Source: an uncultured Actinomycetes bacterium (lineage in GTDB: Bacteria; Actinomycetota; UBA4738; HRBIN12). From it: 64,000 nt of DNA. This document shows positions 18,218 through 28,983 of the stretch, in pieces. Numbering within the stretch: the stretch's first letter is position 1; every line of letters begins with the position of its first letter. The position numbers and the translations under genes were made by a program. The stretch spans positions 628,437 through 692,436 of the forward strand of contig CAWCMT010000001.1 in NCBI GenBank assembly GCA_963796725.1, given 5' to 3'. The notes under the pieces are model-generated. The model saw only the letters and a program-made list of their open reading frames with translations, had not been told where the DNA came from and made no database searches.

Positions 18218-20522
18218 ATGGCGGACAGCGGGGGGACCGCGCCTTCGATCGTCGAGAAGCTCTCGGGCAAGCGGATCCTGCTCACCGGGGTCACGGGCTT
18301 CCTCGCGCAGGTGGTCTTCGAGCGCCTGCTCGCCGACTTCCCCGAGACCCGGGTGACCCTGCTGGTCCGGTCCCAGACGGGTACCAGCAGCCGCGCCCGA
18401 GTCGAGTATCTCTTGCGCAAGCCCGCCTTCGATGGTCTCCGCGAGCGCATAGGCGATGACGGATTGGTCAAGCTACTTGACGAACGCGTCGAGGTGATCG
18501 ATGCGGACTTCGGGCGGGGTGAGCCCGAGATCCCCGACGGTATCGACGTCGCCATGCACTCGGCTGCGAGCGTGAGCTTCGACCCGCCGATCGACGAAGG
18601 CTTCGCTACCAACGTCCAGGGCGCGCTCAACCTCTACCGAGGCGTGCTGGGCGGAGGCTCGCGGCCGGACCTCGTCCACGTCTCCACCGCCTACGTCGCC
18701 GGCGTCCGCAAAGGCGTGATCCCCGAGGGCCCGCTCGAGCACAGGGTCGACTACCGGGAGGAGCTCCGGCTCGCGATGCAGGCGCGCGGCGATGTGGAGT
18801 CGCAGTCGCGCAAGCCCGAGATGCTGAACGCCTTCCTGGAGCAGGCGCGCAAGGAGCACGAGCGTGCCGGTCCCTCCACCGTGGCGGAGGACTCCGAGGA
18901 ACGGCGCCAGAAGTGGGTCACGAAGCGCCTGGTCGAGTACGGGCGGATGCGCGCGCGGTCGCTCGGTTGGCCGGACGTCTACACGTTCACCAAGGCCATG
19001 GGTGAGCGCGCCATCGAACAGCTTGCCGCCGCCGAGAACCTCCCGCTGTCGATCGTGCGGCCCTCCATCATCGAGTCGGCGCTTCTGCACCCGTTCCCCG
19101 GGTGGATCGACGGCTTCAAGATGGCCGATCCCATCATCCGTGCCTACGGCCTGGGGCAGATCCCGGAGTTCCCTGGCATCCCCGAGGGCATCATCGACCT
19201 GATCCCGGTGGACTTCGTGGTGAACGCGCTGCTGGCCGTGGCGGCGAATCCCCCCGAGGCCGGCACGCGCTGCGCACTACAACGTCAGCTCGGGGTCGCG
19301 GAACCCACTCCGATTCTTCGAGCTGTACGAGTGGATCCGCGGCTACTTCGAGGAGCGACCGCTCCCCGAGCGTGGCCGCGGGGAGCACAAGGTGCCCGAC
19401 TGGAAGTTCCCGGGCCGGCTGGACGTCGAGCGCATGCTGAAACGCGCCGAGCGCCTCACCGACGTGGCCGAGGACATCGTGACGCACCTGCCGAAGTCCA
19501 AGCGGATGCGGACCGCGATCAACCGCGTGGATCGCGACAAGGCCCGTGTCGACTTCGTCAAGCGCTACAGCGACCTCTACGGCATGTACACCGAGACAGA
19601 GGTGGTCTACACGGACGACCGGACCCTGGCGCTGTTCGATGGGCTCGATCTGGACGACAAGGTGAGGTTCCCGTTCGACGTGGCGATGGTGGACTGGAAG
19701 TACTACCTGAAAGACGTCCACACGCCCGCCGTGACCCAGAGCCTGCGCGAGCTCTCCCGCCGCGACCGCGAGCGGCCCGCCGTCTCCATCAAGGAGCGCG
19801 ACGAACCGGTGCTTGCCGTCTTCGACATGGAGGGCACGATCATCTCCTCGAACGTCGTGGAGTCCTACGTCTGGACCCGGATGGCCGACCTGGAGCCAGA
19901 CGAGTGGGCGCCCGAGCTGTTCGACGTCTTCTCCAAGATCCCGGGGTACCTGCAGATCGACCGCCGGGACCGCGGCGACTTCCTGCGGACCTTCTTCCGC
20001 CGCTACGAGGGCGCGAGCGTCGATGGTATGGACAAGCTCATCGACGACCACGTGGGCGAGTTCATGCTGCAGAAGGCGAGCGCCGCCGCGATCCGCCGGA
20101 TCCGCAAGCACCGCGCCGCGGGCCACCGCACGATCCTCATCACCGCCGCCGCCGACGCGTTCATGCGGCCGCTGGCACCCTTGTTCGACCTGGTGATCGG
20201 CGCGGAGCTGGAGGTGCGCGACGGCCGCTACACCGGGTTCATGTCACAGCCGCCGCTCGTGGGCGAGGCCAGGGCCGCCTGGCTCAAGCGGTATGCGCTC
20301 CTGGAGTCGATCGAACTCAGGCAGTCCTACGCCTACGCGGACTCCTACAGCGACCTGCCGCTCTTGCGGGCGGTGGGGAACCCTGTTGCTGTCTCGCCCG
20401 ACGCCTCCCTCTATCGGTTCGCCCGCCGCAAGCGCTGGCCGATCGAGGAGTGGGGTATGTCGAAGGGGATGCCGCGGGTGCGGTTCCCGAAGCCCCGCGA
20501 CCCGATGCGGAGCGTGACCTGA
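18218..20522 (+). pseudogene. fatty acyl-CoA reductase (NAD-binding SDR) fused to a HAD-IB phosphatase; one frame break as assembled
   Basis: ATG 18218. ILLTGVTGFLAQ Rossmann, YTFTKAMGE catalytic YxxxK. NPPEAGTR | AHYNVSSGSRNPLRFFELYEW continues in the frame of ORF 19392..20522 (junction about 19270). C-terminal HAD-IB motifs AVFDMEGT and YADSYSDLPLL. Confidence 0.8.
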
Positions 20523-21731
20523 TGGCGCTGTCGTTGGAGCTGTTCCGGAGCGCCCCCCGGTACCTGACCGCGCGCGCCGTCGGCGACCGAGCGCCGGGCC
20601 TCATCGCCGGTCCACTCGCACCGCTGCGCCTGGCCACGCGCCCCGACCTCGAGCCGAAGCACGACGGATGGGTTCGCGTGAAGCCGCTGCTCTCGGGCAT
20701 CTGCGGCAGCGACCTCTCGACGATCGCGGGAAGGTCCAGCTTCTACTTCTCGCCGCTGGTGTCGATGCCGTTCGTGCCAGGTCACGAGGTGGTCGGCGAG
20801 CTGTTGGACGACGCCGGCCCCGACCTTCCGTCGGGCCGCAGGGTCGTGCTTGCCTCGGTCCTGGGCTGCGCCGCCCGAGGCATGCCCGAGCTCTGCCCCA
20901 ACTGCGCCGCGGGCGACTACGGCCGCTGCGACCGCGTGACGGTCGGGGACCTGGAGCCCGGCCTGCAGACCGGATACTGCAGCGACACCGGCGGCGGGTG
21001 GAGCCGGCATGATGCTGGCGCACCGTTCGCAGTTGTGGGCGGTCCCCGACGAGATGCCGCTGGAGACCGCCGTGCTGGTGGAGCCGCTGGCATGCGCGAT
21101 CCATTCTGCGCTGCGCGCCGGTGTGACCGAGGGAGACTCTGCCCTCGTGGTGGGCGCCGGCACCGTCGGTCTGCTGACGCTGATCGCGCTCCGGCGCTTC
21201 ACGAACGTGGGCCGGTTGATCGTGGCGGCGAAGCACCCGCGTCAGCGCGCGGCCGCGAAGATGGCGGGGGCGGACGAGGTGGTCCGTCCCGAGCATGCGA
21301 TGAAAGCCGTCAGGCGCGCGGGAAGCGCGGTGAAGCTGACGCCCGAGCGAGGGATGGAGTTCCTCCTCGGCGGCGTGGACGTGGCCCTCGAGTGCACAGG
21401 ATCCAGCAGCGCGCTCGACATGTGCCTGCGCACCACGCGTGCGGGGGGTCGTGTCGTCGTGAGCGGGATCCCGGGTGCGGGTGCCGATCTCACCCCGCTC
21501 TGGTTCCGAGAGCTGGAACTCGTGGGCGCGTACACCGCCGGCATGGAGGACGTGGACGGCGGGCGCCGCCACGCCTTCGCACTGGCGCTGGAGCTCGCGA
21601 GCTCGCTGCCGATGCTCGACCAACTCGTAGGGGCCACCTACCCGCTCGCGCAGTGGCGCGAGGCGATGGACCACGCGATGTCCGCCGGCAGGCTCGGCAC
21701 GTTCAAGGTGGCGTTCGCGCCGCAGGACTAG
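20522..21731 (+). pseudogene. zinc-dependent MDR alcohol/polyol dehydrogenase; one frame break as assembled
   Basis: The ATG overlaps the preceding stop (TGATG). GICGSD and GHEVVG zinc motifs lie in frame 2. TGGGWSR | MMLAHRSQLWAVPD continues in ORF 21009..21731 with VVGAGTVGLL (junction about 21005). Confidence 0.8.
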
Positions 21732-21745
21732 GAGAGACATAGAAG

Positions 21746-23339
21746 ATGCCCAGACCCGGATTCGTACTGGAAGTCGACGAGCGGACGCCGCCGCTCCTCG
21801 TCCACGAGGGCGAGGGGTTCCGTATGCAGAAGTTCCCGCTCGGCACCCGCGTGGTCTACCCGCCGGACCCCCTCCCCGGCATCAGGGACCTCAACGCAGC
21901 GATCAAGCACGCGCTGCTGCACCCGCAGGGTGACTCGAAGCCACTCCCGGAACTGCTGACGTCGGGCATGAAACTGACCATCGCCATCGACGACATCTCG
22001 CTGCCCCTTCCGCCCATGGTCACGCCGGACATCCGCCAGCGGATCATCGAGCACGTGATCGAGCTCGCGGCCCGCAAGGGCGTAGACGACGTGGAGCTGA
22101 TCGTTGCCACCGCCCTGCACCGTCGCATGACCTCCGAGGAGATCGAGCGGATGGTCGGTGAGCGGGTGTTCCGCTCGTTCTGGCCGAAGCAGCTGTACAA
22201 CTTCGACGCCGAGGACCCCGAGGGCGCTCCAGCACTTCGGCACCACGGATGCCGGCGAGGATGTCGAGATCAGCAAGCGCGCTGCCGAGTCCGACCTGAT
22301 CGTCTACGTCAACATCAACCTGGTGGCGATGGACGGCGGTCACAAGTCCGTGGCGGTGGGCTTGGCCAGCTACAAGAGCCTGCAGGCACCATCACAACGT
22401 CGACACGATGATGAACTCCCGCTCCTACATGGATCCGCGGGAGGGACACAGCGCGATCAACGACTCCACCGTGCGCATGGGGCGCAAGCTGGCGGCCGAC
22501 GGCGTGAAGGTCTTCCAGATCGAGACCACGCTGAACTCCGAGACGTTCCCGGGGAACCTGGCGTTCCTGAACAAGCGCGAGTGGGAATGGTCGCGCGTAC
22601 GACCAGGCCCTGATGATGGCGGCGAAGAAGGGCAACGAGCTGGCCCCGCCGCGCGTGCGCCGCGAGTTCTTCCGCCGGATCGAAGCGCCCTACAAGGTGA
22701 CCGGGATCAACGCCGGCGAGGTCGAGGCCGTCCACGAGCGTACGCTCACGAACCTGCACCACCAGCAGCTGGTGGAGGTCCAGGGCCAGTCCGACGTACT
22801 CATCATGGGCCTGCCGTACCTCGGTCCCTACAACGTGAACTCGATCCTCAATCCGATCCTCGTCCACTGTCTCGGCCTCGGCTACCTGTTCAACATGTAC
22901 CGGAACAAGCCGCTGGTGCGCGAGGGCGGCGTCGTGATCCTGCACCACCCGGTGCCGTGGGAGTTCAACCAGATCCACCATCCCAGCTACATCGACTTCT
23001 TCGAAGAGGTCCTGGCCGAGACCACGGATCCCGTGGCCATCGAGTCGAAGTTCGAGGAGCGCTACGCCACCGACCCGTGGTACCGGCACCTGTACCGGAC
23101 GAGCCACGCGTACCACGGCGTGCACCCCTTCTACATGTGGTACTGGGGCGCGCACGGTCGTGACCATGCGGGCGACGTCATCTTCGTGGGCGGCGAGGCG
23201 AAGACGGTCGCAGCGTCTCGGCTACCGTCGTGCCTCCACGCTGCGCGACGCGATCGAGATGGCGAAGGACACCGTGGGAGCCAGCCCGACGATGACCTAC
23301 TTCCACGCGCCGCCCGTGATGATCGCGGACGTGCGCTAG
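21746..23339 (+). pseudogene. LarA (lactate racemase)/DUF2088-like protein; four frame breaks as assembled
   Basis: Pieces in ORFs 21746.., 22158.., 22408.., 22613.. and a final frame ending TAG 23337-23339. Motifs [61 protein letters not shown]. Junctions about 22230, 22389, 22596, 23212. Confidence 0.7.
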
Positions 23340-23347
23340 GGGGCGAG

Positions 23348-24260
23348 ATGAGCGGCATCCGCGACGAGCTGAAGGCGATGGCGGAGGGGTTCCGCTGGGG
23401 CCGGCGTCCCCTGGTCCCGAAGGACGCCGAGCCGTTCACACCCGAGCAGGAGGACCGGCTCTTCCCGACCGATTGGGCGCGGACCGAGGCGGGCACCGCC
23501 ACCCGCCAGGTCATCCTCAAGACCTTGATCGGGCCCATGCTCCGCAACGAGGTCACCCTCCGGATCCACGGCCTGGACCGGCTCCGCGGCGTCGCCGCCC
23601 CGGTGATCTTCTTCTCGAACCACACGTCCCACCTGGACGCCACGATCATCATGACCTCGCTGCCCGATCGCTGGCAGTCGAAGACCGCGGTGGGGGCGGC
23701 GCGCGACTACTTCTTCGACGTGTGGTGGCGTCAGGCGTTCACGGCGCTCGTCTACGGCGGGTTCCCGATCGACCGGGCGAAGGGGGGTCGGGGCGCCGTT
23801 TCGAAGGCTCGCGAACTGCTGGACGACGGGTGGAGCCTCGTGGTGTTCCCCGAGGGGTCGCGCTCGGCGGACGGGCACACCCAGCGGTTCCGTCACGGCA
23901 CGGCCCGTCTGTGCATCGAGGCCGGCGTCGGTGCGGTTCCGATCGCGATACGCGGCGCCTATCAGGCGTGGCCGCGAGGAACGAACTGGCCCAAGCCGGG
24001 CCGTCCCCCCGTGAGCGTGCGGTACGGTTCGCCGTTGCTACCTGAGGAGGGCGAGACCCATCAGTCGTTCTCCGGGCGGATGTCCAAGGCGGTCGCCGAG
24101 CTGGTCGACGAGGATCGCACCACGTGGTGGGATGCGCTCCGGCGTTCCGAGTCCGGCGAGACGCCCAGCCTCGCGGGACCGCAGGGGCCCGAGTGGCGCA
24201 AGCGAGTGGGAGGGCAGCCGCCCGATCGGACGGCGCGGGCCCGAACGGACCTGGGAGTAG
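23348..24260 (+). pseudogene. PlsC-type lysophospholipid/glycerol-3-phosphate acyltransferase; its stop is reached only after a frame change
   Basis: ATG 23348. Acyltransferase motifs NHTSHLD and FPEGSRS. As assembled the frame runs on into the TetR gene. A +1 shift near 24205 gives ...EWRKR|WEGSRPIGRRGPERTWE stop (TAG 24258-24260). Confidence 0.8.
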
Positions 24261-24268
24261 GCGGAGTC

Positions 24269-24883
24269 GTGGCCCGCGCGGGTGGACGTCAGCGCGCCGA
24301 CGCGATCGTGGCGGAGGCGATCCACCAGTTCGGCCGCGACGGGTACCGCGGCGCGAGCCTCGACCACATCGCGAACGCCGTGGGGGTGCGCAAGCAGACC
24401 CTCCTCTACTACTTCCCGAGCAAGGATGCGCTGCTGGAGGCGTGCCTGGCCGCCGCCGGCAAGCGTGTCGCGTTCGAGATGGCACGGGCGCTGGAGGGCA
24501 AGGAGACCTACTGGGATCGGGCCGAGGCCGTGATCCATGCGGTCTTCCGGCTCGCGGCCGAGTGGCCCGAGTTCCCGATGTTCGTTCGCGAGGCGGGTCG
24601 CCTCGGTCCCGATGCCTTCGACCGGTTCGCCGAGGTACTGGACCCGCTGCGAGCCCGCGCCATCGAGTTCCTTCAGACCGGCATGGACGACGGCGAGATC
24701 CGCAAGCAGGATCCGGCGTTGCTGCTGTTCACGCTCTACACCGCCGTCGTCGGCTCGCTCACCGAGGCCAGCGTGCTCAATGCCGTGGTGGGCGCCGATA
24801 AGAGCCGCCAGTCGCTGCGCCTACGTGAGCGCGAGGTGATGGCGTTCGTGCGCGCAGCCCTCGCGCCTCTCGAGCCAGGGTAG
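24269..24883 (+). CDS. TetR family transcriptional regulator
   Basis: GTG 24269 after GGAGTAGGCGGAG. HTH GYRGASLDHIANAVGVRKQTLLYYFPSKDAL. About 204 aa. Confidence 0.85.
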   Translation: MARAGGRQRADAIVAEAIHQFGRDGYRGASLDHIANAVGVRKQTLLYYFPSKDALLEACLAAAGKRVAFEMARALEGKETYWDRAEAVIHAVFRLAAEWPEFPMFVREAGRLGPDAFDRFAEVLDPLRARAIEFLQTGMDDGEIRKQDPALLLFTLYTAVVGSLTEASVLNAVVGADKSRQSLRLREREVMAFVRAALAPLEPG

Positions 24884-24905
24884 GCGGAGTCCGGCAGGGC
24901 TACCC

Positions 24906-25589
24906 TCAGCCGAACGCGAACGGCGTCTCGAAGTCCGTCAGGACGTGATCGGCACCGGCGCTCCACAGCTGGTCTTCGGTGAACGCCCCCGTCGCGACGG
25001 TGAGGGAGATGGCGCCCGCCCCGTGAGCCGCGACGACGTCTCGCGGCGTGTCGCCCACGACGTAGACGCCGGCGGGATCCACCGACGTGCCGTGCAGCTC
25101 GGACGCGCGAGCGATGGCGGCGCGCGTCAGCTCGACCCGGTCGGCCGAGTCGGTGCCGTAGCCACCGAACGGGAAGTAGCGGTTCAGGCCGCCGCGCTGG
25201 ATCTTCACGCGGGCGGCGCCCTCGATATTGCCGGAGACCAATCCCAGCAGCGCACCCCGCGTCGCCAGCGAGTGGAGGAGCAGCTCGACGCCGGGCAGCA
25301 CCCGGTACTCGGCTGAGGCATCTACCTCGTCGGGCAGGTGCATCAGGTAGGCGGCGATCAACCGCGCGATCTCGTCCTGGGTGGGCTCGCGGTCCTCGGT
25401 GCCGAGGAAGGTGCGCCGCGCAACCACGGGATCCGTCATCCCGGACTCGGTGAAGGTGGTGATGTCGGCCTCATGGCCAAGAACGTCGACGAACGCCGCG
25501 GCCCAGCTGCGCGCGCCGGCTCCGCCCGTGTCGATCAGGGTGCCGTCGACGTCGAAGAGCACGACGAGCTTCTGCGCCGTGGCGCCCAT
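24906..25589 (-). CDS. HAD-IA family hydrolase (phosphoglycolate phosphatase-like)
   Basis: Intact 227-aa ORF. VLFDVDGTLIDT, LVSGN, VGDTPRDV motifs. Confidence 0.8.
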   Translation of the reverse strand: MGATAQKLVVLFDVDGTLIDTGGAGARSWAAAFVDVLGHEADITTFTESGMTDPVVARRTFLGTEDREPTQDEIARLIAAYLMHLPDEVDASAEYRVLPGVELLLHSLATRGALLGLVSGNIEGAARVKIQRGGLNRYFPFGGYGTDSADRVELTRAAIARASELHGTSVDPAGVYVVGDTPRDVVAAHGAGAISLTVATGAFTEDQLWSAGADHVLTDFETPFAFG

Positions 25590-25595
25590 GGTCCG

Positions 25596-26198
25596 CTAGG
25601 AGTAGAACTCGACGATGAGGCGCTCTTCCACCTGGACCGGCAGGGGCACCTCGTCGCGCTCGGGCATCCGCGAGAGCGTGCCCGAACCCTCGGACTTGTT
25701 CCGGTAGAGGTAGGAGGGCGGCTCCGGCGTGATCTCCATGGCCTCCTGCACCGCGACGAAGTTCTTCGCCTTCGAGGAGAGTTCGACCGTCTGACCGGGT
25801 TTCACGCGTGCGCTCGGCACGTTGAGCCGCTTGCCGTCGAGTGAGATGTGACCATGGGAGACGAGCTGGCGCGCCTGGCGCACCGTGAGCGCGAACCCGA
25901 GGCGCAGCGTTACCGTGTCCAGCCGTGTCTCGAGCTGCTGGATCAACTCCTCGCCTGTGACGCCCATGCTGCGGGACGCCTTCTCGTAGTAGCGGCGCAT
26001 CTGCGCCTCGCTGACCCCGTAGATGTGGCGGAGCTTCTGCTTCTCGACCAGACGCGTCTGGTACTCGGAGATGCGCTTGCGCCCGCGGCCGTGCTGGCCC
26101 GGAGGGTATGGGCGCTTGTTCGAGGGGCAGTTCGGGCGGCCGCAGAGGGCGGCGCCGACCCGCCGGCACGTGCGATGCTTCGGTCCGATCTTGTCCAC
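25596..26198 (-). CDS. rpsD: 30S ribosomal protein S4
   Basis: Intact 200-aa ORF. ...YPPGQHGRGRKRISEYQTRLVEKQKLRHIYG... and the S4 RNA-binding domain LETRLDTVTLRLGFALTVRQARQLVSHGHISLDGKR. Confidence 0.95.
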   Translation of the reverse strand: MDKIGPKHRTCRRVGAALCGRPNCPSNKRPYPPGQHGRGRKRISEYQTRLVEKQKLRHIYGVSEAQMRRYYEKASRSMGVTGEELIQQLETRLDTVTLRLGFALTVRQARQLVSHGHISLDGKRLNVPSARVKPGQTVELSSKAKNFVAVQEAMEITPEPPSYLYRNKSEGSGTLSRMPERDEVPLPVQVEERLIVEFYS

Positions 26199-26394
26199 TG
26201 CTACGACTCCATCTGCTCAGCCCGGTTGCTGGGTGCGTCCGCTGGACAGGGCATCGGGCTGGTCGATCCCGGTCCGTGAAGGGACACCGTATGGGCGGTG
26301 TACTGCGGAAGCTCGTACCCGTTGGTGCCATGAGAATGTACCAGTCACGGCGTTGACCTGCGACGATGGCGCCGCGCGGCTAGGCTGGCGACCC

Positions 26395-27301
26395 ATGGAT
26401 GACGTCGTGGAGCGAGCCGTCGGATCGGTGTTGGGCCTCGCCGCAGGCGACGCCCTCGGCGCGCCCTTCGAGTTCCAGCGGGCGGCCGACATCCCGGTCC
26501 CCGTCCCGGCCTTCGAGCTCGACTGGCTGGGGCTGCCGCCCGGCACCTGGACCGACGACACGGCGATGGCGCGGAACCTGTGGATGTCGTTGATCGACCA
26601 CGGCGGGCGCCTCGACACCGACGACGTGCTGGCGCGGCACCTCGCCTGGCTCGGGTCCTCACCACCCGACGTGGGGAACCTCACGCGGAAGGTGCTACGG
26701 GATACCCAGGCGGGCGTGCCGCGAGGCCGCGCGCGCCTACGTAGAGCAGCGCGGTCCCGAGGTGAGCGCCGGGAACGGCTCCGTGATGTACTGCGCCCCC
26801 CTGGGGGTGGCGTACGCTCGCCGGCCGGAGGAACTCTCTGAGGCGGCGCCCGATCTATCCGCCATCACGCACTGGGACGAACGGTGTCGCACGGCGTGTC
26901 TGGCCGTGACGCTGGCGACGGCGGCGCTGGTCCGGGGCGAGCCCAGCCACGCGGCGGTCGTGGCCGCCGTAGAAGGCGTGGCCGACCGAATCGGGGGCGA
27001 GGAGCTGGAGTTCCTGGTGACGGCGGCCGGCCGGGCTCGTCCGGTCGACGGGCCCGACATGGGGTTCACGCTGTTCGCGGCCGGGCTGGCGCTCCAGGTG
27101 GCGGGCGAGGGGAGGGGCTTCGAGGAAGGGCTTCGCCACGTCGTGGGGCTGGGCGGGGACACCGACACGAACGCCGCGGTGGCGGGGGCGCTGCTCGGGG
27201 CCGCCCACGGCCTGGGCGGCATCCCGGACGCATGGCGGGCTCAGCTGGCGGATGGCGACGCGATCGAGGCGGAGGCCCGTCAGCTGGCCGCGCTCGTCTG
27301 A
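26395..27301 (+). pseudogene. ADP-ribosylglycohydrolase family protein; one frame break as assembled
   Basis: ATG 26395 (TAGGCT 8 nt upstream). GLAAGDALGAPFEF. VLRDTQAG | REAARAYVEQRGPEVSAGNGSVMYCAPLG continues in ORF 26762..27301 with GGDTDTNAAVAGALLGA (junction about 26715). Confidence 0.8.
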
Positions 27302-27319
27302 CCCGACGCCCGGCGTGCC

Positions 27320-27622
27320 TCAGACGGCCGTGTACTCGTCGTCGGGGCCGTCGAGGCGGAGGATGACGCCGGCCGCCGAGAGCTCCCCGAGCACCTGCAG
27401 CGTTCGCCAGGTGGCGATGCCGTAGCGAGCGGCGAGCGCCCCGGGGGTCCACACCTCGTCGGGGCGAGTCCGCAGGGCGTGGGCGATCGTCGCGCGCGCA
27501 TAGTCGTCGGGGCGTTCCGGTTGATCGAGCACGGCGGCCTCCTCGGTCGACGGGCGCCGCAGAGGGATGAGTGTCGCTCCCGCGCGGGGCCGGGGGAATA
27601 CCTGCTGCGCAGCGTTGGGCAT
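27320..27622 (-). CDS. hypothetical 100-aa protein, possibly a small winged-helix DNA-binding protein
   Basis: Intact ORF. The C-terminal TPGALAARYGIATWRTLQVLGELSAAGVILR looks HTH-like. An inverted repeat abuts its start codon. No family recognised. Confidence 0.4.
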   Translation of the reverse strand: MPNAAQQVFPRPRAGATLIPLRRPSTEEAAVLDQPERPDDYARATIAHALRTRPDEVWTPGALAARYGIATWRTLQVLGELSAAGVILRLDGPDDEYTAV

Positions 27623-27637
27623 ACGTTCGGCGAACGT
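27623..27637. promoter_or_regulatory. inverted repeat ACGTTCGGCGAACGT (candidate operator) in a divergent promoter region
   Basis: 6-bp arms ACGTTC/GAACGT. GAACGTTC (27632-27639) is itself palindromic. A third AACGTTCG copy sits at 27722-27729. Confidence 0.3.
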
Positions 27638-27765
27638 TCACCATGCCCGCGAGGCGGCGTTCCGTGACCGGTCTTGCGGTGTAACGAGGGCGGCGTGATG
27701 TGAGACGGTCCCCTGTGGCCCAACGTTCGACCGCTCTCGCGACCGAGCCCGACCAGGAGGACCAA

Positions 27766-28983
27766 GTGGACGACATCGTGATCTACGGCGCCAGCTGGTG
27801 CCCCGATTGCCGCAGGGCGAAGAAGTTCCTCGCCGACCAGCGGATCCCGTACGAGTGGCACGACCTCGAGAACGAGCCCGAACTCGTGGCGGAGGTGCAG
27901 TCGCGCAACGCCGGCAACAACACCATCCCCACGATCGTCTTCCCCGACGGCTCGCACCTGTCGGAGCCCTCGAACGAGGCACTCGCTGAGAAGCTCGGGA
28001 TCCAGCGGACCGCGGCGATGCACGTGTACGACCTCGTCATCGTCGGGGGCGGGCCGGCGGCCCTCACCACGGGGATCTATGCCGCGCGCGAGAACCTCGA
28101 GACGCTCGTGATCGATGCGAAGGGCCTGGGTGGACAGGCCGGGGTGACCGAGCGGCTGGACAACTATCCGGGGTTCCCTGAGGGGATCGGCGGGGCCGAG
28201 CTGGCGGAACGCTTCGTCAAGCAGGCGCAGCGCTACGGCGTTGAGCTGTTGCAGGCCGTGAGCGTCACCCGGATAAGCGACGAAGGCCACCATGAGCTCG
28301 ACGTGGAGACGGCGACCGGGGATCACTATCATGCGCGCGCGGTGCTGATCGCCACCGGCTCCTCCTACCGGCGAACCGGGGCCGACGGCGAGGAGGACCT
28401 GATCGGCGCGGGTATCCACTTCTGCGCGACCTGCGACGGACCCTTCTACAAGGGCGCGGACGAGCTCATGGTGATCGGCGGCGGGAACAGCGGGCTGGAG
28501 GAGGGGCTGTTCCTCGCGCAGTTCGCCGACAAGGTCACGGTGGTGGAGTACGGGGACGAGCTCCGAGGCTCGAAGATCCTGCAGGACAAGGTGATGAACC
28601 ACCCGAGGATGGACATCCTGCTGCGCCATGCCGTGCGGTCGTTCGCGAAGAAGGACGATGGCAGCGGCAAGCTCGGTGCGGTCGCGATCGAGGACCGTGA
28701 CACCGGTGAGCTGGAGGAGCATCATCCGGCTGGAGTCTTCGTGTTCATCGGGCTGGACCCCAACACGGACTTCGTGAACGAGCTGGTGACGCTCGACGAG
28801 CAGGGGTTCGTGGTCACCGATCCGGTCAGCTACATGACGAACGTACCGGGCGTGTTCGCGGCGGGCGACGTGCGGGCGGGTTCGACGAAGCAGCTCGCGT
28901 TCGCGGTCGGCGACGGGGCGGCGTCGGCGATCCGGATCCGCGGGTACCTCGACGGGCTCGACCGGATGGCGGTGATGAGATGA
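27766..28983 (+). CDS. trxB: glutaredoxin/NrdH-like domain fused to low-Mr thioredoxin-disulfide reductase
   Basis: GTG 27766 after AGGAGGA (track ORF 27700..28983). N-terminal VIYGASWCPDCRRAKKFL. Then GGGPAALTTGIYAAR (FAD), CATCDG (redox disulfide), GGGNSGLEEG (NADPH). Confidence 0.85.
   Translation: MDDIVIYGASWCPDCRRAKKFLADQRIPYEWHDLENEPELVAEVQSRNAGNNTIPTIVFPDGSHLSEPSNEALAEKLGIQRTAAMHVYDLVIVGGGPAALTTGIYAARENLETLVIDAKGLGGQAGVTERLDNYPGFPEGIGGAELAERFVKQAQRYGVELLQAVSVTRISDEGHHELDVETATGDHYHARAVLIATGSSYRRTGADGEEDLIGAGIHFCATCDGPFYKGADELMVIGGGNSGLEEGLFLAQFADKVTVVEYGDELRGSKILQDKVMNHPRMDILLRHAVRSFAKKDDGSGKLGAVAIEDRDTGELEEHHPAGVFVFIGLDPNTDFVNELVTLDEQGFVVTDPVSYMTNVPGVFAAGDVRAGSTKQLAFAVGDGAASAIRIRGYLDGLDRMAVMR

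Noticed and set aside
18167-21742. The 1191-aa ORF 18167..21742 and the 756-aa ORF 22613..24883 read as giant multidomain proteins.
   Set aside because: Each is a chimera. It has real protein sequence at one end (reductase N-terminus; LarA-like middle), then out-of-frame low-complexity read-through, then real sequence of the next gene that happens to share the frame.
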